Shown: positions 31,587-42,063 of the stretch, piece after piece
Position numbering within the stretch: position 1 is the stretch's first letter
How the letters are laid out: every line of letters begins with the position of its first letter
Source of the DNA: Paramoeba atlantica
Taxonomy: Eukaryota; Protista; Discosea
NCBI GenBank assembly: GCA_977017575.1
Contig: CDRNVI010000021.1
Coordinates: 1 to 64,000 of the forward strand
Direction: 5' to 3'
DNA length: 64,000 nt
Position numbers and translations under genes: made by a program
The notes under the pieces: generated by a model
Database searches by the model: none
Told to the model about the DNA's origin: nothing
Seen by the model: only the letters and a program-made list of their open reading frames with translations

Positions 31587-34500
31587 GATACAGTTTCTGT
31601 ACCTTGTTGTTTTTTTTTTATATATTTAATCGCTATGACACGCCTTGCTCGCGTAGATTCCCAGACGTCGAAAGGCTTAGGTGTGAAAACTGGTCGATCG
31701 AAAGTGAAATCAAGCGTACCAGAAAAGAAATACCAAAAGAACAAGGAGAAAAAGCACGTAGTCAATGACTTTTCGGGCGACAAATTTGGCGAGACCATTC
31801 CCCCCACCCCGACAAAGACGAGAATACCACGAATAAGAATCATCGGAACAACTACTACCCCCACCCCGACAAAACCGAAGAAAACGCCACGAATCAGAAT
31901 CATCGGAGGAGAGCCACTATCAAAGATTTGGGCAGACCACGGGACTGACCAGGCCACTCACCACCTGCGAAACGAGACCTCCGAAGAACCGACTGATAGG
32001 GGTGAAGTTGCCACTGGCGAACTACACGAATCTCATAAAAAAGATCTGCGTGACGAATGTGACGGGATGTCGTTAGACAGCGAGTGCGAAGCAGAGCGAG
32101 AGATGGCGACACGGAACAGCAGCTCAAAGTCAGCAGACCATGTACACAACGTTGTGTCTAAGTGGGGAAAAGGGACGGAATGTGTAATCGAATGGGGATT
32201 CCGACAGAATGCCGCAACATACACTTCAAAAGGTATCGTTGTCGGTCGATCTGCTCGAAAAGGAAATGTGAAAATCAAGATATCCTACGAACCTGCTCCA
32301 GGGAACGAAGGCCCAAATGGTTTCCTTTATCTTCCTCAGTCCAACAAAATCAAAATCTATAGTCTTCGAGCCACTAAACTGCTTAAAGTTGAGACGACAA
32401 TAAGAAACTTGGAGGAACAGGCGGACAACATTTCTAGTGAAGATGGTCAAAGCGACCTCGAACCTCTTCCACCCATGGCGCAAATCGATCCATCCTTCTC
32501 AGTCCATGTCGTGGCTATCTTCCGCGCAATCATTCGAGGCTATTCCGCCGTGAAACTCGACTCTGAAAAAGCAGCAATATGGCATAAATTCCTGAACGCA
32601 CCCCGAGATTCGCTGGCTACAGTTCGTCAAATGTCTCGACGGAAACAAAGTATAGGACACACACGCAAGACAGAGGAACTATCAACAGAATGCAATCTCA
32701 GTGCAGATGAACGCGAAGAACTGCAGGTCGACAGACGCTCGATAAGAAACGCATTGACGACCGCCCGAGCTTCGAATCTGGGGAAAGCCACCCGCATCAT
32801 TGACAACGTATATAGGGACTCTGTGCTTACAACCGACGAAAAAGTTCAGAAATTGAAGGAGCTACATCCTGAGGGCCATGCCATTCAAATCCCGGAAACC
32901 GATTTTCCACGCATTGGCATAGTAGAGAAATCGGAACTTCGGCTAGCCGTCGACAAGTTAGCTCGGGGAGCTTCACCAGGACCAAGCGGGCTCAGCGAGA
33001 GTATGATGCGTTTACTTGGGGACGACGATGAATCAAGCCTCTCATTGTGCCACATGATTCGGGACGTTATCAACGGTGAAATTCCGCTATGTGTTCGGAA
33101 ACGTCTCACTCGATGTCGAATAATTGCCCTTCCAAAGCCACAGAATGGGATACGTCCAGTTGCCATGGGAGACACCATCCTTAAAATTTGTGGGTCTATA
33201 CTACTTCAGCGACATGAATCTTCATTAAAAGCTTTCTTTGCGCCAATCCAACGAGGAGTGTTGTGTAAGAATGCCTGCGAATCAATCATTCATGAGTTGC
33301 TACAAGAATACGAAGATGGACATGCGTTGCTCGCGGTCGATTTCAGCAACGCCTACAATACGCCACGACGCGATACCATTGCACAGGCCCTGACGGAAAA
33401 CTCCATATTCAGACCTTTCATGCGATTGTTCTATTTGGAATATGGGCTTCCGTCAGAGTTACTCTTTTTCGCGCACAACTCTCTTTTCGCAACCATTGAA
33501 AGCACATCTGGTATTCGTCAGGGCTCCGCTTTATCTTCCATGTATTTTTGCGCACTTTTACAAGCCCCACTTCGAGAAGTCGCAAGTCTATACCCTGATG
33601 TCAAAATTCGGGCATACCAAGATGACGTGACCCTGAGTTCAAAAAATGTGCAATCGCTCGAGGCAGCTTTCCTCCATTTACGCGAAATCACTGGAGAGCT
33701 CAATCTGCATGTTAAGTTTCAAAAGTGCGAATGGTTCCAGAAAGATACTCCACGAACCGATGTACCCTTGCCGCTGGAACAACTAGGTGTCAACTTCCGT
33801 ACCGATGCAATAAAAATTCTTGGAGCTTACATCGGCGCAGATGAAGTTGTAGAGAATCTTCTCCTGCAGAAAATGGAAAAACACAAATGCCTCTTTCGTC
33901 GCCTTTTGCTCATGGGTCCAAGTAACCTATCTCTCGCCATTCTGCGAAGATGCACAATCCCGCGACAAGATTACCATTTGCGAGTCCATCGACCAAATGC
34001 CACCCTCCGGCTTGCACAATCTTTTGAAACACAGGTTCATAGAGTTTTACAAAAATGGTGCGGTGCCGACGAAAATGCACTCAAACTCGCAGCACTTCCT
34101 CAAAAACTTGGTGGATTAGGTCTGATTTCTTCCACTCTGAAGCAGAAATTTTGTTTTGAATCTGCCCGAACATCTATCGAAGAGCAATTTAAACCCATTT
34201 ACGCTCCGGTAGATATTACAGGCGGAGTCAAGGCAATAGAAAAAGCTCAGAGCCGCGGAGAACTCTCGCAAAGGCTACTCAAAAAGAAAATAAGCAATGA
34301 ACATGAAAAACAGCTGGCAGAACTGCAGAAAAACACTGAGATTGAACACATCTTGAAGCGCACGAAGGAATCCAATTTTCATCTGGAAAGCACGAGTAAC
34401 TATGTCAATCCCTACCTCTTTCGCTACACACTCAAGATGCGCTTGGGCATCAGCCTGTCAAAAACACCTGCAAAGATTACATGCCCGGGTTGCTGCAGTC

Positions 34501-35424
34501 AAGAATCTCCTTCCAACATTATTCCTCACGTCGCAGGCTGTTCCCGTTGCTCCGGGATGAATTGTACGCGGAAACATTCCCACATTGTCCGCTATCTTGC
34601 AGAATTATGCTCCAAAGCAGGCTTGCCTTCCGTCATTGAACCACGCATTCATTCATCATACTATTGTACCAAATGCAAATGCACCATCTCCGCGGAAGTG
34701 TCAGAACAACACCCGTGTAAAGCTCGACGAATACGTTCCGGCCCAGATATTGCCATTATGTGGCCTCACATGGGCGAGGTCCTATACGATTTCACAGTCG
34801 TCCACACTTGCTGCACGAGCTACGTCAAACAGACCAGCAACGCTCTCTTACAACAAGCAATCGACCGAAAGATCAAGAAATATGTCACTGAAAAAGGCGT
34901 TGATAGCGATTCTTTTCGATGTTTGGCCACTACAGACTGTGGCCTTCTGCACAGCGATACAAAAGCCCTTTTGAAAGCACTCGCTCACCGTGCCCAAGCG
35001 AATTACGAAAATGTACGTCATGCTCTTCAACTTGAAATCGAGAAGATGGGGGCATATACCGTAGTATCTCAACTGCGTGAATATATTCCGAAAGAAAACT
35101 GGATAGGAGGACTTCGGTTTTAGACACCCCAGAAGCCCAACTCAAATTTTTATTATGGATATTCATGTTGGTGTTGTTGGATATTCTAAGAGTTTACGAA
35201 AAGAATTTTAGGAAGTGTGCAGTGGTTAACGTGTTTCATGCACGCACCAACCAGTGCAATCTTGAATACATCTTTAGCATATACTGCACTTTTACGCATA
35301 AACTTTACGTGTAATGTACTTTTGTTTCGTTATTTCATATAATATTTCTTAGAAGAAGATTCTTAGGACAATAAAAAAAAGCTTGGACTTACTCCCTAAA
35401 AAAAAAAAAAAAAAAAAAAAAAAA
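31587..35424 (+). mobile_element. Apparently intact CRE-clade element, family H (5'-truncated SL head, poly(A) tail)
   Basis: GATACAGTTTCTGTACCTTGTTG at 31587-31609; single ORF; poly(A) 35398-35424. Confidence 0.9.
31635..35123 (+). CDS. RT + restriction-like endonuclease polyprotein (1162 aa from ATG 31635)
   Basis: GASPGPSG, RPVAMGD, DFSNAYN, GIRQG, YQDD, GGLG; CPGC..HVAGC..C; KH; SGPD; YDFTVVH. Confidence 0.93.
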   Translation: MTRLARVDSQTSKGLGVKTGRSKVKSSVPEKKYQKNKEKKHVVNDFSGDKFGETIPPTPTKTRIPRIRIIGTTTTPTPTKPKKTPRIRIIGGEPLSKIWADHGTDQATHHLRNETSEEPTDRGEVATGELHESHKKDLRDECDGMSLDSECEAEREMATRNSSSKSADHVHNVVSKWGKGTECVIEWGFRQNAATYTSKGIVVGRSARKGNVKIKISYEPAPGNEGPNGFLYLPQSNKIKIYSLRATKLLKVETTIRNLEEQADNISSEDGQSDLEPLPPMAQIDPSFSVHVVAIFRAIIRGYSAVKLDSEKAAIWHKFLNAPRDSLATVRQMSRRKQSIGHTRKTEELSTECNLSADEREELQVDRRSIRNALTTARASNLGKATRIIDNVYRDSVLTTDEKVQKLKELHPEGHAIQIPETDFPRIGIVEKSELRLAVDKLARGASPGPSGLSESMMRLLGDDDESSLSLCHMIRDVINGEIPLCVRKRLTRCRIIALPKPQNGIRPVAMGDTILKICGSILLQRHESSLKAFFAPIQRGVLCKNACESIIHELLQEYEDGHALLAVDFSNAYNTPRRDTIAQALTENSIFRPFMRLFYLEYGLPSELLFFAHNSLFATIESTSGIRQGSALSSMYFCALLQAPLREVASLYPDVKIRAYQDDVTLSSKNVQSLEAAFLHLREITGELNLHVKFQKCEWFQKDTPRTDVPLPLEQLGVNFRTDAIKILGAYIGADEVVENLLLQKMEKHKCLFRRLLLMGPSNLSLAILRRCTIPRQDYHLRVHRPNATLRLAQSFETQVHRVLQKWCGADENALKLAALPQKLGGLGLISSTLKQKFCFESARTSIEEQFKPIYAPVDITGGVKAIEKAQSRGELSQRLLKKKISNEHEKQLAELQKNTEIEHILKRTKESNFHLESTSNYVNPYLFRYTLKMRLGISLSKTPAKITCPGCCSQESPSNIIPHVAGCSRCSGMNCTRKHSHIVRYLAELCSKAGLPSVIEPRIHSSYYCTKCKCTISAEVSEQHPCKARRIRSGPDIAIMWPHMGEVLYDFTVVHTCCTSYVKQTSNALLQQAIDRKIKKYVTEKGVDSDSFRCLATTDCGLLHSDTKALLKALAHRAQANYENVRHALQLEIEKMGAYTVVSQLREYIPKENWIGGLRF

Positions 35425-36190
35425 GTACACTTCATCGCGACATGCCGTTTTTGAGCATCAAAAATCTTTTTCAGCTCGGATGGCACAGCGCATGGTGATT
35501 ACCCCCTTTTTGTTTATCCTAACTGGGTCGCCACTGCCACGGCATATCCTTTTGGGTGCGTCAGAAGGGGAAGATGAGGTCAGGAGCCCGGCATTGGACC
35601 GTTGCCGGTGATGGGGCGTGGCGACCCCAGCCTTCCGACGTAAGGGTTTCCGAGCTGGCAGGAGGGAATGTGTCCGTTCCTATTCCTGTTCAACCCTTGT
35701 TCGCGGCGTCGTTAACCGCGTTCCGGGACATAGACGGGGTAGCTTCCCGTCGCCGAGGCATGTATGTCGTTAGCGAGCGCGCTAACCCTACCCCCTCGGT
35801 GGAGGTGGAACGGCATTGGTGCTAGCTGAGGTTTTATCCCTCCCCATCTCCCGGAGAAGCGAAGGGACTAGATACTTTTTTCTAGGCTAGGTCCTTCGTT
35901 TCTCCACGCTAGGAGCGCTCCTGGACTAACAATCCGGAGCAGTGGAGTTTTTAGCGAGTGAGCTACCAGAGGCTCTGACGCAATCCGAGATTCAACAAAA
36001 CTCTGGTAAGCAAGTCTCGCACTACCCTGTAATGGGGTGTCTCCCCTGAGGTACGTGGGTGGAAACACCCATTCATCTTGCCACTGGAAGGTGGCCAGCT
36101 CACTCGACCAAGAAAAGCCTGCCGGTTGGACACCGGGTGGCGGTCGAGGCGGTTGAGGCAAAGATTTTCTCCATGTACGAAAAAAAAAAA

Positions 36191-39100
36191 AAAAAGATAT
36201 TTTATTCATAAAAGGATTTTTTATATGTAAAAAATCAACGATTTTGTTTTGTTGGTGTTTCTGAAATGCTAAATTTGATGAATGTACCTGTTTACGAATT
36301 TAAATATTTCTGAATGTAAATAGGTATCTCTTTTAAATTCAGAAACAACAACGATGAATGTACCTGTTTACGAATTTAAATATTTCTGAATGTAAATAGG
36401 TATCTCTTTTAAATTCAGAAACAACAACACATAGTCCTGTTCTCGAAACTCCTAGAGTACCGTCTTTTCATCGAACCGTCCGAGGGTCAGCCCCCGTGCC
36501 CATGGCGTGCTACACTAATGGTGAAGGAGAAATCTCAGGAGTTGGATTGCGAGTTTCAAGGGTGAGCTCACCGAAAAAATTATTCGGAAGTTATGACCCT
36601 AGTTGTCACGACCTGTCGACCGATATCCTCCTCAAGCCGCAAGATTGGAAGTTCGAACATTTTTGCAGTGATCTTTATAGGAAAAATCTTATTGGAAAGC
36701 TTAGGCACGAGGTGCGAAAGTGTTTCGGGCACTCTGCAGATCCCTCATCAGTATCGAGAGATATCGTAAGTCTAGATCTGGCGCTTGATACCATTGCAGC
36801 TCACCTAGCTGATTGCTGTTCTCGTGCGAGGGCGGGTTTGTTTATCACGATGCGTTCGATTGAACCATCTATGGAGGTGATACATTATTTGCGAATAAAA
36901 CACAGAATGGGTCGGAAATTTGGCGACTACTGGAAGGAGGCTCTTAGAGCTGATACCCTCGAGGGGAAATATCTTCAGGCTCAGCGTGAAATGATGAGGT
37001 TTCACGAAGCTAACGTCATCGCGAGGAGAGATGGGAAGAACCGCCGGCGCGCTCGAGTGCGAAGGAGATATGCGAAGGAAAATCCACGTCCAAGGGGGTT
37101 TAAAAGGGGGCACATGGAATTAAGGCGCCTCGAGAAAGATCAAACTCTCCCGCGGGCCCTTTTCTACGAAAGAAAATGCACGAAGCTCGCCTCGGAAAGA
37201 GAAACCGTACCGGGGTCGCATAACCTTAAAGTCCGGCCTCCGCTTTCGCGTAAGACTCAGCCCTCAAAAGGAAACAGCTCCAGTAGGAAAGGGATTCAAG
37301 GTAGGCGTTCTCGACACATACCGAGCCAAGGAAATTATGGAACGGGCCTTATTAGAGTTTCTGTTCGAGACGATTCTGGAAAATCACCTAGTGAAACATT
37401 TCCGGGAGATTGTACTGGTAAAGGACATGATGAGACCAGTCTATCTATTTACCCAGGTAAGGATGATTTTCCCAAGAAATTTAAGAGTTTAGGTGAGAAT
37501 GTTTCCCATCGCACGAGAATAGGCGTGGAAGCGACAAAAGAAGGGAAGAAAAGACCCCTGAGACGCAGAAATATTGTGGGGAAGAAAAAGTCCCACATGG
37601 AGGATACCAAACAAGGTAAATCGGACGACATGATTCAGGGCGCCGGGAAGGAACCCGGGCGATTACTCATGCCACGCGGGTATGGGAATAGGGCTCAGGA
37701 AGAGTCCTCATTAAACGCGGCTCAGCACCACGGGCGAGCTGGCGTCGCCGCACCTGTCGGTGCCGGCACCTCTCCTTGGAGGATACTCTGTGATTTTGTA
37801 TCCTATACCTATACGAGTTTTATGCGCAGGACGTATTTTGGAGAGAGAAACCATCCCAGAAAAGAGAACTGGCCAATCGATCCGATTGATGTAAAACGGG
37901 TAAATGTAGAAGAACTACTTCTACTGAAAACTGGAAGCGATGTGAGAGAAGAAAAGAAAATATTCGGTTTCGTGCAGGACGCGAATAAGTTTAAGGGCTT
38001 GTTGAGGAAGGATTACGATCCTCGTTATCGCGGTGAATCGAAGAGGCTGGAACCTTTCGTGGAGGAGATGGTGAGGTCCGGGGTAATAAAGAGAATCCCA
38101 CGGAGAACCGCAAAAATATGGATGACAGCATTTTTGATTCCCAAGCCGAAGAAGAAAACCATGCGTGTGATCTTGAATGCGATTCCTCTCAACGAGATAC
38201 AATCTATAGTCCCAGGCCCTTTAACGTTAGCGAGCTTGCAGGATATTGAAAAGGCGGTCCTGGAAAACAAATTCTTCGGGGAGACGGATGGAAGAAATTG
38301 GTACCATCAGTTTGGGCTTCCAGAAGATGTTCTGCCCTACTTGGCCGTTCGCATTAAGGGAAGGACATATGGTTGGGCCACATTGCCCATGGGATGGCAT
38401 TCTTCGGTAAAAATTGGTCATGCGGCTACAAGCTTGATCCACAACCTTCCGGTTAGTAATTCACATCCACTGACTTTTATCGACAATTGTTACCGCTTTG
38501 GAACCAGCCAGGAGGGTGTAGAGGATGACCTGAGCCAAACTTTGCAACGTGCGAAGCAGGTTGGCGCCGAAATTGCGGTCACCACGAAGCCCACCAGTAA
38601 GGGCACGGTATTAGGCATTGAGGTAAATCTAGAGGAAAAGAAACTCTCACTGCCGGTTCAGTTTATTGATAAATTAAAACACTTACGCGAGGCATTCAAG
38701 TTACTAGCGCAACAGCATCGCTTGCCGACGCACCGTCTAATCTGGAAAGTGTTGGGGACTCTGTTCTGGGCAACTAGAGTGTTAGGTATTACTCAATGCG
38801 AATTTCCAACTGTGATGTATTGGCTGAAGGGGAGAGCACGCAGATTGGCAGCTAAGCCAGTCTTATGGGATTTACCATGCCAGATGTCCCAGAAATTCAT
38901 CTCGAGCCTTATTGCGCTAATCGATAGAGTGGAGGCAAACACCCCTAGAAAATTGGAGAGGGGAGAAACCAGTGCCTTTGAATTGTATTGTGATGCTTCC
39001 GAGAAGGGGTGGGGACTAGCATGGCTGCAGGGCGGCAGTCTTCAGTATCGCTCTGGAAATTTTGCGGCCTGGCTCAGAGATAAGCCTATTGCATATAAGG

Positions 39101-40011
39101 AGCTATTCGCAGCAGAGATGGGCTTAAAACTGGTAAAGGAAAGAAAAATCAAGGCTTGTACACTGATATCAGATAATAAGAACGTTGTGGCATGGCTGTC
39201 CAAATGGAAGGCAGGACCCCCGCTAATTATGGAGTGGCTACGCCGGTTATACCAGGTGTTTTTCCTACCTGGTTATCTCAAGGAGGTCCGTTGGATTTGC
39301 TCCGAGAAAAACATAGCAGATGAACCCTCACGCCATGGGAACGAGAGCGACAGGCATGGCCATGTATCTCTTTTAAATTCAGAAACAACAACGTTCTAAA
39401 GCGTTATAACGTTATAATTCAACAAAAACTTTTGCATTTCGCGAGTTTCTTTATCAAGAAAATCTTACCATTTAGTGTAAGGAGGTATTATCTCCAACAT
39501 ACAAAATCGTAAATTTATAGGTTTTACTTATTGGGTTCTAACATGTTTCGATCGCTTCGCATGGAGATCGTATTCATATGAAAAAGATATTTTATTCATA
39601 AAAGGATTTTTTATATGTAAAAAATCAACGATTTTGTTTTGTTGGTGTTTCTGAAATGCTAAATTTGATGAATGTACCTGTTTACGAATTTAAATATTTC
39701 TGAATGTAAATAGGTATCTCTTTTAAATTCAGAAACAACAACGATGAATGTACCTGTTTACGAATTTAAATATTTCTGAATGTAAATAGGTATCTCTTTT
39801 AAATTCAGAAACAACAACGTTCTAAAGCGTTATAACGTTATAATTCAACAAAAACTTTTGCATTTCGCGAGTTTCTTTATCAAGAAAATCTTACCATTTA
39901 GTGTAAGGAGGTATTATCTCCAACATACAAAATCGTAAATTTATAGGTTTTACTTATTGGGTTCTAACATGTTTCGATCGCTTCGCATGGAGATCGTATT
40001 CATATGAAAAA
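36191..40011 (+). mobile_element. Split-direct-repeat (Ngaro/VIPER-type) retroelement with a single RT-RNase H ORF and no visible recombinase
   Basis: A1 36191-36428 = A2 39581-39818 (each with an internal 76-bp tandem duplication); B1 39364-39585 = B2 39790-40011; both flanks are A-runs. Confidence 0.85.
36496..39399 (+). CDS. DIRS/VIPER-type RT-RNase H polyprotein with an uncharacterised N-terminal half
   Basis: FLIPK..RVILN, ETDGRNWYHQF, LPMGW, FIDN, VLG; RNase H CDASEKGWG, YKEL, SDN, NIADEPSR. Confidence 0.88.
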   Translation: MPMACYTNGEGEISGVGLRVSRVSSPKKLFGSYDPSCHDLSTDILLKPQDWKFEHFCSDLYRKNLIGKLRHEVRKCFGHSADPSSVSRDIVSLDLALDTIAAHLADCCSRARAGLFITMRSIEPSMEVIHYLRIKHRMGRKFGDYWKEALRADTLEGKYLQAQREMMRFHEANVIARRDGKNRRRARVRRRYAKENPRPRGFKRGHMELRRLEKDQTLPRALFYERKCTKLASERETVPGSHNLKVRPPLSRKTQPSKGNSSSRKGIQGRRSRHIPSQGNYGTGLIRVSVRDDSGKSPSETFPGDCTGKGHDETSLSIYPGKDDFPKKFKSLGENVSHRTRIGVEATKEGKKRPLRRRNIVGKKKSHMEDTKQGKSDDMIQGAGKEPGRLLMPRGYGNRAQEESSLNAAQHHGRAGVAAPVGAGTSPWRILCDFVSYTYTSFMRRTYFGERNHPRKENWPIDPIDVKRVNVEELLLLKTGSDVREEKKIFGFVQDANKFKGLLRKDYDPRYRGESKRLEPFVEEMVRSGVIKRIPRRTAKIWMTAFLIPKPKKKTMRVILNAIPLNEIQSIVPGPLTLASLQDIEKAVLENKFFGETDGRNWYHQFGLPEDVLPYLAVRIKGRTYGWATLPMGWHSSVKIGHAATSLIHNLPVSNSHPLTFIDNCYRFGTSQEGVEDDLSQTLQRAKQVGAEIAVTTKPTSKGTVLGIEVNLEEKKLSLPVQFIDKLKHLREAFKLLAQQHRLPTHRLIWKVLGTLFWATRVLGITQCEFPTVMYWLKGRARRLAAKPVLWDLPCQMSQKFISSLIALIDRVEANTPRKLERGETSAFELYCDASEKGWGLAWLQGGSLQYRSGNFAAWLRDKPIAYKELFAAEMGLKLVKERKIKACTLISDNKNVVAWLSKWKAGPPLIMEWLRRLYQVFFLPGYLKEVRWICSEKNIADEPSRHGNESDRHGHVSLLNSETTTF

Positions 40012-40012
40012 A

Positions 40013-41085
40013 GCACATGGAACCGCCAGCACCTGCAGGGACGTTGGAGGAATCACATAAGACACCTGAGGACGAGGTGGTGACGGAGACCAAAAGAGCC
40101 ACAGAAATCCAGACAAATCTTCTCAAAAACAAGGAGTGGGCTCCGACGATTAAAGCTTGCAGCAAGAAAGGGAGCTATGAATGGCTTATCGGGAATCGCA
40201 AAATCATTCCTTCGCACATCTACACGCTAAACATCATGTCACGACTAAAAATAAGCCACCCACAACTGCCAAACTCGTTGCTATGCCCGGGATGCAAAAA
40301 GCTGCTAAGCTCCTCGGAAGCGCTAACCCACATACCTGGATGCGTCAAATGTGCAGGACACAATGTAACTACGAAGCATCATGCCCTTGTTCGCTACCTT
40401 TACGAGCTATGCCTCCGAGCTGGCTTGCCGTGTGAACGTGAACCTCGTCAGTTCAGTTACTATGAGTGCTCTGCGTGCGCAGCCACGATCCACCCTGAAA
40501 ACAAAACGGAACATACCAGGACATGTGTTGGAAGTACTCTGCGTCGCACGGGCCCCGACCTCGCAATTCAATGGGCTTCAGGAGAGAAATACTACGACCT
40601 CACAGTAGTTCACGAACTGGCTCCCTCGAATATCAAACACAATACGACATTCCTCATGAACGAAGCGATAAAGCGCAAGCGTGTACGCTATGTTGACAGT
40701 GGCATGATAAACAAGGAATGCTTTGAATGTATCCCTGTTCTGTCCTTCGGTTCCATGCACAACGCCACTCGAAATCTCCTGTGGGCTATTGCGGACCGTT
40801 GCGGGCTAGAGAGACACAGCGTAATGGAAACATTTACGCTACTCCACCAGGAACAGGCAGGAAGTATCCTCCACGCTCAACTCCGCCAGTTTCTAGCTCA
40901 CGACCAATACACTGAGACAAGTTTTTAAGCTTGTCATCTCAAATACTTCTTAAGAAAAGAAAGGGATATTAGTTTATTAGAATGTGAACATTTGATAGTA
41001 ATCGGCGCGTATATAATATATGCGCTCCACGGGCTTTTGTTAAGACCTTTGACAAACAAAATGTTAAAAAAAAAAAAAAAAAAAA
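40013..41085 (+). pseudogene. 5'-truncated CRE family E (RLE domain ORF 40017-40928, UTR, poly(A))
   Basis: CPGC..HIPGC..C, KHH, GPDLAI, YYDLTVVH; poly(A) 41066-41085. Confidence 0.92.
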
Positions 41086-41230
41086 CGTTCGAGTCTAAAT
41101 GTGTGCTCGCTTCTTTTGTGCGTTTCGTGATATCTTGAAATCTGGGATTCTCGTCCTCAGAAGTCGTCCTCAAACAAAGTCCCTCAGTAAAAGCAAATTA
41201 CGAAAGGGCCAGATCAGTAAAACTCAATCG

Positions 41231-41653
41231 AACAATGACAACGAAATCAAGTACGAATCGCCAGAACCAATCGATACAGCAAAAATTTTCAAACACGAGC
41301 ATCCCATCGCATCAGAGCCAACAGTGCCCATCTTCGACATCAGGAAGAGTTTCCAAACGTGGTATGATGAAGCTACCCGAAACATCGGCAAAATACATAT
41401 TACAAAAAATATTTCGGATTACTCATCCGGAAATTATCACAGGAACAATGACAACGAAATCAAGTACGAATCGCCAGAACCAATCGATACAGCAAAAATT
41501 TTCAAACACGAGCATCCCATCGCATCAGAGACAACAGTGCCCATCTTCGACATCAGGAAGAGTTTCCAAACGTGGTATGATGAAGCTACCCGAAACATCG
41601 GCAAAATACATATTACAAAAAATATTTCGGATTACTCATCCGGAAATTATCAC
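41231..41653 (+). repeat. 213-bp tandem duplication (in frame)
   Basis: AACAATGACAACGAAATC.. starts at 41231 and at 41444. Confidence 0.95.
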
Positions 41654-42063
41654 CAACCTACAGGGTATGTGGGAAAAATGCACTTGGGACACGAGGGCAC
41701 GATTGGTCTCGGATATGGTACGTCGGAAGTTGCCGTTAACCGACCAGGGCGTAGTCCTATATATAGTACGTATTCATACTACCATCCAGACAAAACTGAT
41801 CTATTTGCGTCACCTAATCGCCATTTTGCGCCGTATGGGACGATCAACTACGCAGACAGAAATGTATTCCAAAACTTTGATCCGCAGGGGGGCTACCATC
41901 CCGGGTCGACAAGCATCCCCTCTTACACGGGCTGCTTTGGAGAAGGTAACACGACAGATGTCCGAGGAAATGGCTGCTATAGTCCATATTGCTTTCAAAA
42001 CGGCCTCCCGGTTGGGCGAAGTTTCCAAACTGAAGAGAAAAGATTTTATCACCCTTACCCCCA
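41235..42063 (+). pseudogene. N-terminal half of a tyrosine recombinase from a third VIPER-like family, truncated after the catalytic Arg
   Basis: TWDTRARL..QTKLIYLRHL..GATIPGRQASPLT..FKTASRLGE..FITLTP aligns with YR 21264-22313 (TWKSRARL..QGKLTYARSL..GATEPVRQMAPLT..WKAASRWTE..FRELTP). Confidence 0.85.

Noticed and set aside
37020-37900. Hidden tyrosine recombinase in another frame of the 36-kb element
   Set aside because: The frames I translated have multiple stops and no catalytic motif set; ILWGRKS is only a fleeting resemblance.
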